From: an uncultured Planctomycetota bacterium
GTDB lineage: Bacteria; Planctomycetota; Planctomycetia; Isosphaerales; Isosphaeraceae
Direction: 5' to 3'
Assembly (NCBI GenBank): GCA_963823665.1
Contig: CAWGMQ010000007.1
Location: forward strand, 512,001-576,000
Length of the DNA stretch: 64,000 nucleotides
Below the pieces are notes generated by a model, which was not told where the DNA came from, did not search any database, and saw only the letters and a list, made by a program, of their open reading frames with translations. Shown here piece by piece: positions 1 to 9,423 of this stretch. Position 1 is the stretch's first letter; each line of letters opens with the position of its first letter. Made by a program: the position numbers and the translations under genes.

Positions 1-454
1 GTACTTTGAAAACGGGCTCCAGGGCCTCGGCGCGCAAGTGGGAATCGGCGTCTCCAGCCCGAATCCGATCCCGATCTCGCCCCTGCCGATCTCGCCTGTT
101 CCGCCATTTACGGGCATCGGCGCGAACGTTTCCACACAACAGGTCGGCAGCCGCGAGCTGTTCACCTTTACGCTAACGAACTACGAGAACCAGCCCGTGA
201 GCATCATGGGCTCCTCGGGCGCCGCCAGATTCGTACTGAAGAAAAACGGCAAGGTGATCTGGCGTTCGACGGCAAAGGTGAAGCTCGCCACGCGCGCAGC
301 CCAATCCCTCGCGCCCGGAGACGCCATCCAGCTCCACGCCAATTGGCCCGCCCCGGCCCGCCAGGCCAGCGTCAAGGGCGGCGGCAAGCCAGCTCTCTAC
401 CAGTTGACCGCAACCTCCGGCGGCCACACCGCAACAACCGTATTCGAGCTTTAG
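1..454 (+). CDS. 3' part of a probably secreted protein ending in a BsuPI-like (Ig-fold proteinase inhibitor-like) domain; 5' end outside window
   Basis: Frame is open from base 2; FTFTLTN...FVLKKNGKVIWRS...LAPGDAIQLHANW pattern. Confidence 0.45.
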   Translation, partial: YFENGLQGLGAQVGIGVSSPNPIPISPLPISPVPPFTGIGANVSTQQVGSRELFTFTLTNYENQPVSIMGSSGAARFVLKKNGKVIWRSTAKVKLATRAAQSLAPGDAIQLHANWPAPARQASVKGGGKPALYQLTATSGGHTATTVFEL

Positions 455-467
455 CCCGCGGTTCCCA

Positions 468-487
468 GTAGGTCAGGCTTCAGCCTG
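468..487 (+). repeat. GTAG-type REP-like palindrome
   Basis: gtaggtcaggcttcagcctg: GTAG foot plus caggct/agcctg hairpin; related copy at 33175-33196 on the minus strand. Confidence 0.55.
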
Positions 488-867
488 GGGTGCTTCGGGC
501 ATCTGTTCAAGGCGACCCCTCCCGCCTCCTCCGGTCCGCCTCCGCGTTCATCTGCCTGCACATCTCATCCATTTCCTTCTGGTACCGCTCCATCCGCTCC
601 TTCTGAGTTTGAACCCGAATCGGAGCCGCTGCAGTTTGACTACCGGCCCGCCGACTTGGGCCTCAGTTTCAGTCGCGCTCATGTCCACCTCCTGAGCTTC
701 GCCGGCGAAAGGTAAGATTGCAGCCCGCCAACCTGAAGATCTCCAGACGCTATGACCGCCTCCATCGCGGAACTGACAGATGTCCTAGGATGATCGTAAC
801 AAATACCGCTCGTCCCGCCAATGTGCGGCTCCGGCCCCCATTTCCAGTCGCACAGCCGCGCCCGGCC

Positions 868-1722
868 CTACTTCGGTCGTTCCTGCGACGGTTTCCTCTC
901 GAGGGGCGGCCGCTCAAGTTTGAGTCCGCCGACAGTCACCCCGACGAGATCATTCGGATGAAACGGCTTGATTGCCGATCGGATCTGGGCGGCCGCCTCC
1001 TCAGCCTTGGATTCGTCGTCAAGCTGCACGACGATTTGCGTGAGCTGATACTCCTCGACCTCCTGCACACCTCCCCGCACGTTCACGATCCGTTCACCGA
1101 AACGTAGCCTGCAAGTATTGAGAGGGATATACACGTCCATATCCGATGCCGTCACGGCAGGCCGTTCTCCGTCGCCGGTCTTGCCCCCGCTTGGTTTGGT
1201 CACGCCCACGACCGTGTAATAATCGGTGCCGCACTTCACTGTCTCACCGAGCGGGTTTTGGTCCGGGAAGAGTGCTTGAGCCGCGCCTGCGCCCAGGACG
1301 GCATGGTTCTCATACTTTGCGTCGTCATCCGCAGTCAAGAATCTTCCGCGGTCGAGCTCGAGTCGTGCGAACGCGGCATACTCGTGCGTCGTCCCGACAA
1401 GATAGCCGTCCAGGGACTTGTCTTGGTGACGAATCTGCTTGGGCAACTCGCGAATCGGCAGTACCCGCTTGATCGCCGGAACGGCCGAGACCAGGCGATC
1501 AAAGTCGCCGTATTTCAGTCCGTAACGGACAACTCGACCGGGCTGGTTGCCATCCACGCTCGGCCTCTTCGACCAGACGGCAACGCAGCTTGATGGCCGC
1601 GGCGGCTTCTCACGCGTCGCCGAGGCCGCGCCGCCATCCTGTGCGGTTCCTGTGCTGACACCGCCGCCGACACTCGGGAAAATCACGAGCGCAGAAACGA
1701 GCAATGCGAATTTCCGTGTCAT
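868..1722 (-). CDS. MacB-like periplasmic core domain protein (ABC permease periplasmic domain, no FtsX TM part)
   Basis: GRFLTADDD, AVLGAGAAQALF, YTVVGV, DVYIPL motifs; N-terminal signal peptide. Confidence 0.75.
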   Translation of the reverse strand: MTRKFALLVSALVIFPSVGGGVSTGTAQDGGAASATREKPPRPSSCVAVWSKRPSVDGNQPGRVVRYGLKYGDFDRLVSAVPAIKRVLPIRELPKQIRHQDKSLDGYLVGTTHEYAAFARLELDRGRFLTADDDAKYENHAVLGAGAAQALFPDQNPLGETVKCGTDYYTVVGVTKPSGGKTGDGERPAVTASDMDVYIPLNTCRLRFGERIVNVRGGVQEVEEYQLTQIVVQLDDESKAEEAAAQIRSAIKPFHPNDLVGVTVGGLKLERPPLERKPSQERPK

Positions 1723-1939
1723 CGGTTGGGCTCTTCGCGAGTCGGATTCGATCTTACCACATCCCGACGTGGAAGTGGCCGAAGACGCGCTCGCCAGGCC
1801 AGTGCCAAACCGATTGCCGCGGGACGTCCGCTACGCCACGCTGTTCGACCAGTCAACACTCCACTCCTGAAGCTGTGTGACGATGCGCACCACTATCCGG
1901 TAGAATGCACTGGTTCGCCTGATCTAGAGGAACACGACC

Positions 1940-2422
1940 ATGAAGAACGACGCCTCATTGCGCCAGCACGTCCTCGAGCTGCTCAAGGGCGGTCACGCCC
2001 ACCTCGATTTCGACAAGGCGATCGCCGGCTTACCTGTCAAGCTTCGAGGCAAAAAGCCCCCCGGCCTGCCTCACACGCCCTGGCGACTGCTCGAGCACAT
2101 GCGAATCGCCCAGTGGGATATTCTCCGCTACAGCGTCGACCCCAAGCACGTCTCCCCAGAGTTTCCCGCCGGCTACTGGCCAACGGGCGATGCACCACCC
2201 GACTCGGCGGCTTGGGACCAATCCGTCGCGGCCTTCCGCGCCGACCTGCAAGCGATGATGGACCTGGTTTCCAACCCCGCGACCGACCTGTTCAAACCGA
2301 TCGGCCAGGACCAGAACCACACGATCCTCCGCGAGGCCCTCCTCATTGCCGATCACAACGCCTACCACCTGGGCCAGCTCGTCACCGTCCGCCGTCTCCT
2401 CGGCGCCTGGCATGATGAGTAG
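1940..2422 (+). CDS. DinB family protein
   Basis: [14 protein letters not shown] and [16 protein letters not shown] motifs; RBS gagga upstream. Confidence 0.9.
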   Translation: MKNDASLRQHVLELLKGGHAHLDFDKAIAGLPVKLRGKKPPGLPHTPWRLLEHMRIAQWDILRYSVDPKHVSPEFPAGYWPTGDAPPDSAAWDQSVAAFRADLQAMMDLVSNPATDLFKPIGQDQNHTILREALLIADHNAYHLGQLVTVRRLLGAWHDE

Positions 2423-2513
2423 GATCCGCCCCGACCGTCTTCACGACCTGTCCACACTTTGCTTTTACACCCGCTCTCTGTTGTTATGGATGGATACGGG
2501 AGGAAAGACCCCA

Positions 2514-3137
2514 ATGACGAATCCGCAAGCCGAAGACCCCCTCGGCAAGGTCGTCCTTGCCTCGCAGATGATCATCGGCGCGCTGATCACCGGCCCAATC
2601 CCCGTGCTGATCATCGCGTTCTTCATCGGGCCCGTACTCGGACAGCCGCCCCCTGGCGCAGTGCCACCCGGCGGTGCCGCCGCCGCGGGCCAGGCGTCGA
2701 ACGAGCCGCTCAACACGATCCTCTCCTATGCGGCGTTCGGCGCAGGCACGCTGGCATTACTCGTCTCGGCCATCGTGCCGCGATTCACGTCCTCGAGCGT
2801 AAGCAAGTCCGTCGCCCCGACCGCGCCCGCAGCGCAGCCCGGGAAGAGCGCCGGCAAAGGCAAGCGACCCGGGCCTCAAACAGCCGACGAGCTGCGGACC
2901 AAGCTGCTCCCGCAGTTTCAACAGCAGCTCATCGTCCGCGCCGCCATCCTCGAGGGCGCGGCCTTCTTCGGAGCGACTGCATACCTCCTGACGGGAAACC
3001 CGGTGCCCGCCTGCGTCACCGTCGCGCTCCTGGTCACAATGCTCGTCGATTTTCCCACCAGGACCCGCGTTGACTCCTGGCTCCAGCGGCAACAAGAAAA
3101 ACTCCGGGACGACGAATTCGCCCACTCGCCGGTTTGA
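2514..3137 (+). CDS. hypothetical membrane protein
   Basis: Several hydrophobic segments, AILEGAAFF and FPTRTRV motifs, ggagg upstream. Confidence 0.7.
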   Translation: MTNPQAEDPLGKVVLASQMIIGALITGPIPVLIIAFFIGPVLGQPPPGAVPPGGAAAAGQASNEPLNTILSYAAFGAGTLALLVSAIVPRFTSSSVSKSVAPTAPAAQPGKSAGKGKRPGPQTADELRTKLLPQFQQQLIVRAAILEGAAFFGATAYLLTGNPVPACVTVALLVTMLVDFPTRTRVDSWLQRQQEKLRDDEFAHSPV

Positions 3138-6005
3138 TCGATTGGGAGGAAGATCAGTTGAAATGGTTTCTCGCACTCGCGCTCGTGAGCTTGCCGCACT
3201 TCTGCCCGGCGCTCGGCCACGCGCAGACAGGCTCGCCGCTGCCCGCCGCTGGCGGAGACGCCAAGAAGGCGACGGCGATCCTTACGAGGCAGTGTCTCAA
3301 GTGCCACGGCCCCGATCATCCCAAGGGCGGCCTCGACCTGAGCCGCCGCGCCGCCGCGCTCAAGGGTGGAAAAAGCGGCGTCGTGCTGGTGCCGGGCTCG
3401 CTGGACGAGAGTCTGCTCCTGGACAAGATCGCCGGCGGCGAGATGCCCCCGAATAATCCGCTCCCACCAGACCAGATCGAGACCCTGCGCACCTGGGTTC
3501 AATCTGGAGCACACTACGCCAGCGAGCCCCTCTCGCTCCCCCGCGCCGGGCCTGATTGGTGGTCGCTCCGGCCGATCCGAAAAGTGGTGGTTCCATCGCC
3601 ACGAAGAGCAGGCTCAGTCTGGGCCAAGAATCCCATCGACGCATTCATTCTTGCGAAGCTCGCCGCAAGCGGCCTCTCCCCCGCTCCCGAAGCTCCGCGC
3701 GCCGCTCTCATCCGCCGCCTCTCTTTCGACCTGACCAGTCTGCCGCCTTCGCCCGAAGCAGTCGACCAGTTCGTTGCCGACCCCGATCCCCGCGCTTATG
3801 AGTTGCTCGTCGACCGGCTGCTGGCGTCCCCGCATTACGGCGAGCGCTGGGGCCGCCACTGGCTCGACGTCGTCCGCTTCGGCGAGAGCGAAGGCTACGA
3901 AACCAACCTGCCGCGGCCGAATGCCTGGCCGTATCCGTGACTACGTCATCCGCGCCTTCAACCGCGACACGCCGTTTCCGCAGTTCGTGCTCGAGCAGCT
4001 CGCGGGCGATACGCTCGATGATGGTCATCCAGGACACGCCGTCGACTGGCTCACCCAGTCGGCCACCGGCTTCTTAGTCGGCGGATCGCACGACGTCGTC
4101 GGCAACCAGACCGTCGAAGGGATGCTCCAGCAGCGTGCCGACGATCTCGACGATATGATCACAGCCACCGGCACCACGTTTCTGGGCCTGACACTTCAAT
4201 GTGCCCGCTGCCACGACCACAAGTTCGATCCGATCACTCAAAAAGATTATTATGGAATGCAAACGATCCTGGCCGGAGTGACCCATGCCGAGCGCGCGAT
4301 CGCAGCGCCCGACGCCGACGCTCGCTTGCGTCAGGCAGGCATCGTTCGAGCCGAGCTCACCGCGATCGAAGCGGGGCTCGATGCCACGGAGCCCCTCGCG
4401 CATCCTGGCCAGGATCGCCCGGCGCGTCCGATGGTCAACTTCCGGCGCAACGTCGAGCGATTCGCACCCGTGAAAGCCCGGATGGTGCGGCTGACGATTC
4501 TGGCCACCAGCAACCAGATCGAGCCGTGCCTCGACGAAGTGGAGGTTTACTCGGCTCCGGGCAACGGAACTCATTCGCCGCGAAACGTCGCCCTGGCAAC
4601 TGCCGGCGGCCGGGCATCAGCCTCGTCGGAATATCCCAATGCCGCGATCCACAAGATCGCTCATCTCAATGACGGACGCACCGGCAACAGCCAGAGCTGG
4701 ATCTCCAATTCCTCGGGGAAGGGGAGTGTGACGCTGGTCTGGCCTGAGCCGGTCACCATCGATCGCATCGTCTGGGGCCGCGATCGCGAAGGAATGTTCA
4801 GCGACCGCCTTGCGACCGAATACTACGTCGAGGCCGCCGTCGAGGCGGATCACTGGGCGGTCGTTGCCTCGTCGATCGATCGCGTGCCGTTCGATCCCAG
4901 GGCAAAGCCCGAGCCCGCCGCGCCCTCGCAGGTTGCAAGCGGCGATCAGCTTGAGCGCGCCCGCCTGGTGCGTCGCCAGGCCGAGTTGCGCACGCTGCTC
5001 GCCGACCTGGGCGCGACGGCGAAAGTCTACGCCGGAACGTTCAGCCAGCCCGGCAAAGGCTATTTGCTGGTTCGCGGCGATCCCACGCGAAAAGGGCCGG
5101 AAGTGCAGCCTGCGGGGCTCGCCGTGCTCAGGCCCGCACTCGTGCTCGACAAGGAATCGCCGGAGGCGTCCCGGCGAGCAGCGCTCGCACGCTGGATCGC
5201 CGATCCGGTCAATCCCCTCCCCGCGCGAGTGATGGTCAATCGGTTGTGGCATTACCATTTCGGCCGGGGACTCGTGGCCACGCCCAGCGACTTCGGCTTC
5301 AACGGCGCGCCCCCCTCGCACCCCGAGCTGCTCGACTGGCTGGCAAGCGCTTATGTCGAAGGCGGCTGGCGGCTCAAGCCCTTGCATCGGCTGATCGTCA
5401 CCTCGGCGACGTATCGCCAGTCAAGCCGGCTCAATGAAAAAGCGCAAGCCATCGATCGCGACAACCGGCTGCTCTGGCGGATGACCCCACGCCGCCTCGA
5501 GGCCGAGCCGATTCGAGACGCGATCTTGGCGTCGAGCGGCAAGCTCGACTCGCGAATGGGCGGGCCCGGATACAACGTCTGGGAAAAAAACACGAATTAC
5601 GTCGCGATCTATAAACCACGAGCCGAGCTGAGCGGCGACGCATTTCGCCGCATGGTCTACCAGTTCAAGCCCCGCAGCCAGGGCGACCCGACATTCGCCG
5701 CCTTCGACTGCCCCGACGCCGCGCTCGCCGTCCCCAGGCGCAACGTCTCGACCACCGCACTCCAGGCTCTGAACCTGCTCAACAGCGAGTTCGTTATCCG
5801 CCAGGCCGCGTTTTTCGCCGAGCGCCTGGAGAAAGAAGTAGGGTCCGATCCCGCCCCGCAGGCGAAGCTCGCTTTTCGCCTGGCGTTCGGCCGCAGTCCA
5901 ACGCAGCCCGAGCTCACCGCCGCCGTGTCGCTGATCAAATCGCATGGAGCGACAGCCCTCTGCCGGGCGCTGTACAATGCGAATGAGTTCATTTACGTTC
6001 CCTGA
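3134..6005 (+). CDS. Planctomycete cytochrome c (PSCyt1)/DUF1549/DUF1553 protein with discoidin-like insert; frameshift near 3935
   Basis: CLKCH, YGERWGRHWLDVVRF, CARCHDHKFDPI, RVMVNRLWHYHFGRGLV, ALQALNLLN; two overlapping ORFs join at NAWPY|RDYVI. Confidence 0.92.
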
Positions 6006-6035
6006 GCAGGATCTCGAATGAGATCGAGGCGTCTG

Positions 6036-6470
6036 ATGGAAACGAACACCATGGGGATCACTCTTGTCACCGCGTTAATCGAGAATCAAGAGGATATCAA
6101 GGCCGCCCAACTTGGCATAATTCCGGAAACGAGTATCCGGCGTTTCGAAGTTGATGACGCTCGAGTTGATACGGGCGCGACGTTCGTCGCCATGCCCAAG
6201 CGACTGATCGACCAATTGGGCCTCAAGAAGATCAAGACGGTCGAGGCCAAGACCGTGTCCGGACTCATGAAGTTTGGCATCTACGACCAGGTCAAACTCA
6301 CGATTCAAGGTCGCGACTGCGAAGTGCGAGTGTCGGAAGTTGCCGACAACCGTCCGGTCTTGATCGGGTACATCCCACTCGAGCTGCTCGATTTCGTTGT
6401 CGCCCCCAGGGAGCAGAAACTGATCGGCAATCCCGATCACGGGGGCCAATACATGATCGACATGTACTGA
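6036..6470 (+). CDS. retropepsin-like clan AA aspartic protease
   Basis: Catalytic VDTGAT motif and C-terminal LIGYIPLELLDFVV. Confidence 0.88.
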   Translation: METNTMGITLVTALIENQEDIKAAQLGIIPETSIRRFEVDDARVDTGATFVAMPKRLIDQLGLKKIKTVEAKTVSGLMKFGIYDQVKLTIQGRDCEVRVSEVADNRPVLIGYIPLELLDFVVAPREQKLIGNPDHGGQYMIDMY

Positions 6471-6536
6471 AATACGCCAGCTCTGGTAGAACTGGCACGC
6501 CCGCCGGACGCTTCCACCTGCTACGAGGTGCAATCC

Positions 6537-6782
6537 ATGGAGTCAGCGAGTGTGGGAAGAGTGCTCGTTTCGGCGAAGATCGAGAACGTAATCTATGGGC
6601 CGGTCCGTTTGACGATCGCCGGACGGCAATGTTCGGTCGACGTCTCGGAAGTGGCGGACACCTGCCCGGTGATCATCGGCTACGTCCCGCTCGAGCTTCT
6701 GGACTTTGTGGTTGATCCTAAGGGCCAGCGACTGATCGGAAATCCCGATCACGGCGGCGAGTTCATGTTCGACATGTATTGA
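6537..6782 (+). pseudogene. paralog of the aspartic protease with an in-frame deletion of ~63 codons removing the DTG active site
   Basis: KIEN joined directly to VIYGPVRLTI; C-terminus IGYVPLELLDFVV..LIGNPDHGG matches the upstream gene. Confidence 0.8.
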
Positions 6783-6803
6783 AGAACACTGGCGGTTGCC
6801 GGC

Positions 6804-6854
6804 ATGCTCGGAAATCCCGAGCACGGTGGCGATCCGATGCTCGATATGTTCTAA
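6804..6854 (+). pseudogene. third copy of the protease 3' end (16-codon ORF MLGNPEHGGDPMLDMF)
   Basis: 51-nt ungapped alignment to 6420-6470 and 6732-6782. Confidence 0.7.
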
Positions 6855-6863
6855 ATGAGAGGC

Positions 6864-7034
6864 AGTGGTGGCGGCGCTCCAAGCATGTGGAGAGGCCGTC
6901 TCTGGCGGTCTTCTCGACGCTCCGGGGTTACCCCGGGGGCGAAAGTTAGCGGTTCATTTCAGCGCGTGATGCTGGGTGCGCTCGTCGCGCACGACCCATC
7001 ACGCTGGACAAGACCGGTTGGAGCCGCCACCACT
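6864..7034 (+). ncRNA. retron msr-msd non-coding RNA (predicted)
   Basis: a1/a2 inverted repeat 6864-6882 and 7018-7034 (17 bp, 2-nt bulge); G6883 in AGC opposite G7017; hairpins 6890-6915, 6918-6941 and 6960-7006; lies upstream of a retron-type RT. Confidence 0.8.
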
Positions 7035-7038
7035 TCAC

Positions 7039-7112
7039 CCCAACGCGGCGACGCCGCAATGTTGGGCGCGGGTCTCCGACCCCGCCCCCTTCCGTGACCG
7101 CAGGTCTCCGAG
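7039..7112 (+). repeat. hairpin plus REP-like element (gggcgcgggtctccgaccccgccc...gaccgcaggtctcc)
   Basis: Palindromes cccaac..gttggg and gggcgcggg..cccgccc; resembles planctomycete intergenic repeats (from recollection). Confidence 0.4.
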
Positions 7113-7127
7113 ACGCGCGCACAGCGC

Positions 7128-8498
7128 ATGGATACAGCAGACGAAGACCCTATGAAGGTAAAAACGTCTCGCGACTCGCTGATGGAATACCTGGCGCAGG
7201 CGTTCCTCGCCGGTCCCTTGTCGGTCGACGGCCTGGTTGAACGCGCTGGCTTGGTTCTGGGCCGTCGCTACCGTTGGCTGCCACCGCTCGCCGCGAGAAT
7301 TCAAGCTCACTTCGCCGGCAAAGAGCGAATCCCTCAATCGCAGCTCGTCGCCTTCCTGCGTGACGACAAAGGATTTCGGCGAGCGTGCGAAACGCGAAAT
7401 CTGAAGGTGCGTTTTGTGCACTGGTCTGATCCAGTGATGGCTCCGGCCCCGGGCTTGCCGCGTTCCTGGAAAGTCCCCGCCATCACCACCCCCGCCGAGC
7501 TGGCCGGCTTCCTCAACATCACGCCGAACGAGCTCGACTGGTTCGCAGACATCCAGGGTCGCGAGCGCATCTGCCGGGTCGAGCCGATGCGTCACTACCG
7601 GTATCGCTGGGTGGCCAAGCGCTCGGGCTCGTTCCGCCTGATCGAAGCACCCAAGCCGCGGTTGAAGGGATTCCAGCGCGTCGTGCTCGACGCGATCCTG
7701 GCGCACATTCCTCCGCACGAAAGCGCACACGGCTTTCGCCCCGGCCGCTCGATCAATTCGTTCGTCGCGCCTCATGTGGCCCGCCCGGTCGTGCTCAAGA
7801 TGGACCTCCGTGATTTCTTCGTGTCGATCACCAGCGCGCGGGTGACCGCGATTTTCCTGACCGCCGGATATCCCGAGCCCGTCGCCCGGCTCCTGGCGGG
7901 GCTATGCACCAACACCGTCCCGGCGGAGGTGTTGAACCAGGTTGGACGCCCGGATCCGAATTCGGTCCGGTCGACGATGTCATGGCAAGACCAGCGTCCC
8001 TACTGCCTTCCGCACCTGCCCCAGGGGTCGCCCACTTCGCCGGCTCTGGCCAACCTCGCTGCCTACCGCTTCGACACGCGGCTGGCTGCTCTTTCGGAAG
8101 CTGCGGGCGCCGACTACACCCGTTACGCCGACGACTTGTTGTTCTCAGGCGATTCATCCTTCGCCCGCTCGGTTCGCCGATTCACGGTTCAAGTCGCCGC
8201 GATCGCCCTCGAGGAGGGCTTTGCCATCGCTCACCGCAAGACACGCGTGATGCGACAAGGCGTCTGCCAGCGCGCCGCCGGAATCGTGATCAATCAGAAA
8301 ATCAACATGCCGCGCGATGACTACGACCGGCTGAAGGCCATATTGAACAACTGCATCAAGCACGGCCCAGCCGGGCAGAACCGAACTGCCGTCGCCGACT
8401 TCCGGGCCCACCTGTCGGGCCGTGTCGCGCATGCAATCCGGCTCAACCCACACCGGGGTGAGAAGCTGAGGGGGCTCCTCAGACAGATCGAATGGTGA
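7128..8498 (+). CDS. retron-type RNA-directed DNA polymerase (reverse transcriptase) with N-terminal extension
   Basis: HYRY, RLIEAPKPRLK, AHGF, MDLRDFF, LPQGSPTSPALAN, YTRYADDLLFSG; no maturase or endonuclease domain seen. Confidence 0.93.
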   Translation: MDTADEDPMKVKTSRDSLMEYLAQAFLAGPLSVDGLVERAGLVLGRRYRWLPPLAARIQAHFAGKERIPQSQLVAFLRDDKGFRRACETRNLKVRFVHWSDPVMAPAPGLPRSWKVPAITTPAELAGFLNITPNELDWFADIQGRERICRVEPMRHYRYRWVAKRSGSFRLIEAPKPRLKGFQRVVLDAILAHIPPHESAHGFRPGRSINSFVAPHVARPVVLKMDLRDFFVSITSARVTAIFLTAGYPEPVARLLAGLCTNTVPAEVLNQVGRPDPNSVRSTMSWQDQRPYCLPHLPQGSPTSPALANLAAYRFDTRLAALSEAAGADYTRYADDLLFSGDSSFARSVRRFTVQVAAIALEEGFAIAHRKTRVMRQGVCQRAAGIVINQKINMPRDDYDRLKAILNNCIKHGPAGQNRTAVADFRAHLSGRVAHAIRLNPHRGEKLRGLLRQIEW

Positions 8499-8530
8499 GT
8501 CGCTCGCGGTGAAGCCTCCATCGCCGAACC

Positions 8531-8559
8531 TTGATTGCAACCGTAAACGGTAGTAAGAT
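8531..8559 (+). promoter_or_regulatory. sigma70 promoter with palindromic operator for the TA operon
   Basis: TTGATT-N17-TAAGAT with ACCGT-aa-ACGGT (8540-8551) in the spacer; similar motif at 14276-14296. Confidence 0.65.
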
Positions 8560-8589
8560 TAGAGACGCAATTCGATTCCGGGGCCTGGG

Positions 8590-8916
8590 ATGAGACTGCA
8601 TCATTCGTTCGAGTGGGACGAGGACAAGGCGGTCAAGAACCGGAAGAAACACAATGTGTCTTTCGACGATGCTGCACGAGTGCTCGCGGATAACGAGGGA
8701 GGCTTCTATCACATAGAAGAGTTCGACGATCTCCACAACGACGATGAGGACCGGTACATCACAACCGCGGCCCACCCGGACGACCGACTGATCGTTCTTC
8801 GCATCACATGGACCGACCGGTCCACTCGCTCTCAACCGATCACTCGAATTATCAGTGCCCGACTCGCGACGAGACTCGAGAGGAAGAATTATGCGCAAGA
8901 AATCAAAAACAAGTAG
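8590..8916 (+). CDS. brnT: BrnT family (DUF497) ribonuclease toxin
   Basis: FEWDEDKAVKNRKKHNVSFDDA, EDRY, RIISAR, ERKNY motifs. Confidence 0.9.
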   Translation: MRLHHSFEWDEDKAVKNRKKHNVSFDDAARVLADNEGGFYHIEEFDDLHNDDEDRYITTAAHPDDRLIVLRITWTDRSTRSQPITRIISARLATRLERKNYAQEIKNK

Positions 8917-9373
8917 GGTCATCAAAAAGAACGCCGCCGATATATCACCAGCGACAAACGAAGATCTCGTTCGCCTTCGCAACGCGATGGTTGGACAAAT
9001 CGACACATCAGAAATCGCCGAGCGCAGGCGAACACCCGATCGGCTCCTGCGCGATTCAACAGGCCGACTCCCGTCTCGAAGGAGCATTGTGCGAGACGCG
9101 ATCGTGCGTGAGCTCAAGCATCTCAAGATGACGCCCTACCGCCTGTGGAAGGAGGCCAGGGTGCATTGCCCCACCCTTTCCCAGTCCGCAGTTCACGAGT
9201 TCATTAAGGGTCAAAGGCAACTCGAGCTTCCTTACGCAGAAGCCCTCATGATGGCGACGCACCTCGGAATCGTTCGCAAGCAAGCTGGTGGTGGGCTGAA
9301 AAAGGTGAGATTACGTCGCACTGCTCTTGCGAACGTGCAGTCAAAAGCCGGTCTGACCCGTCGCGAAGATTAA
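8891..9373 (+). CDS. putative antitoxin: BrnA-like N-terminal motif plus C-terminal XRE-like HTH
   Basis: Overlaps the brnT 3' end; IDTSEIAE motif; [23 protein letters not shown]-like segment. Confidence 0.7.
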   Translation: MRKKSKTSRVIKKNAADISPATNEDLVRLRNAMVGQIDTSEIAERRRTPDRLLRDSTGRLPSRRSIVRDAIVRELKHLKMTPYRLWKEARVHCPTLSQSAVHEFIKGQRQLELPYAEALMMATHLGIVRKQAGGGLKKVRLRRTALANVQSKAGLTRRED

Positions 9374-9423
9374 AAACCTCCACCGACCGCCAGACCTTGA
9401 ATCTCTCAATGAGGCTAGCGCCG

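Noticed and set aside
6420..6854. Diversity-generating retroelement (TR/VR repeats next to an RT)
   Set aside because: Differences among the three 51-nt copies are not adenine-specific and many are at third codon positions. The RT has retron-like QGSPTSP/YADD motifs, and no Avd-like gene is present.
6855..7097. 80-aa ORF upstream of the RT as a small effector
   Set aside because: Low-complexity translation with no clear RBS; the region is better explained as the structured ncRNA.
7128..8498. Group II intron RT
   Set aside because: No maturase or endonuclease domain, no domain V hairpin downstream, and the motifs are retron-like.
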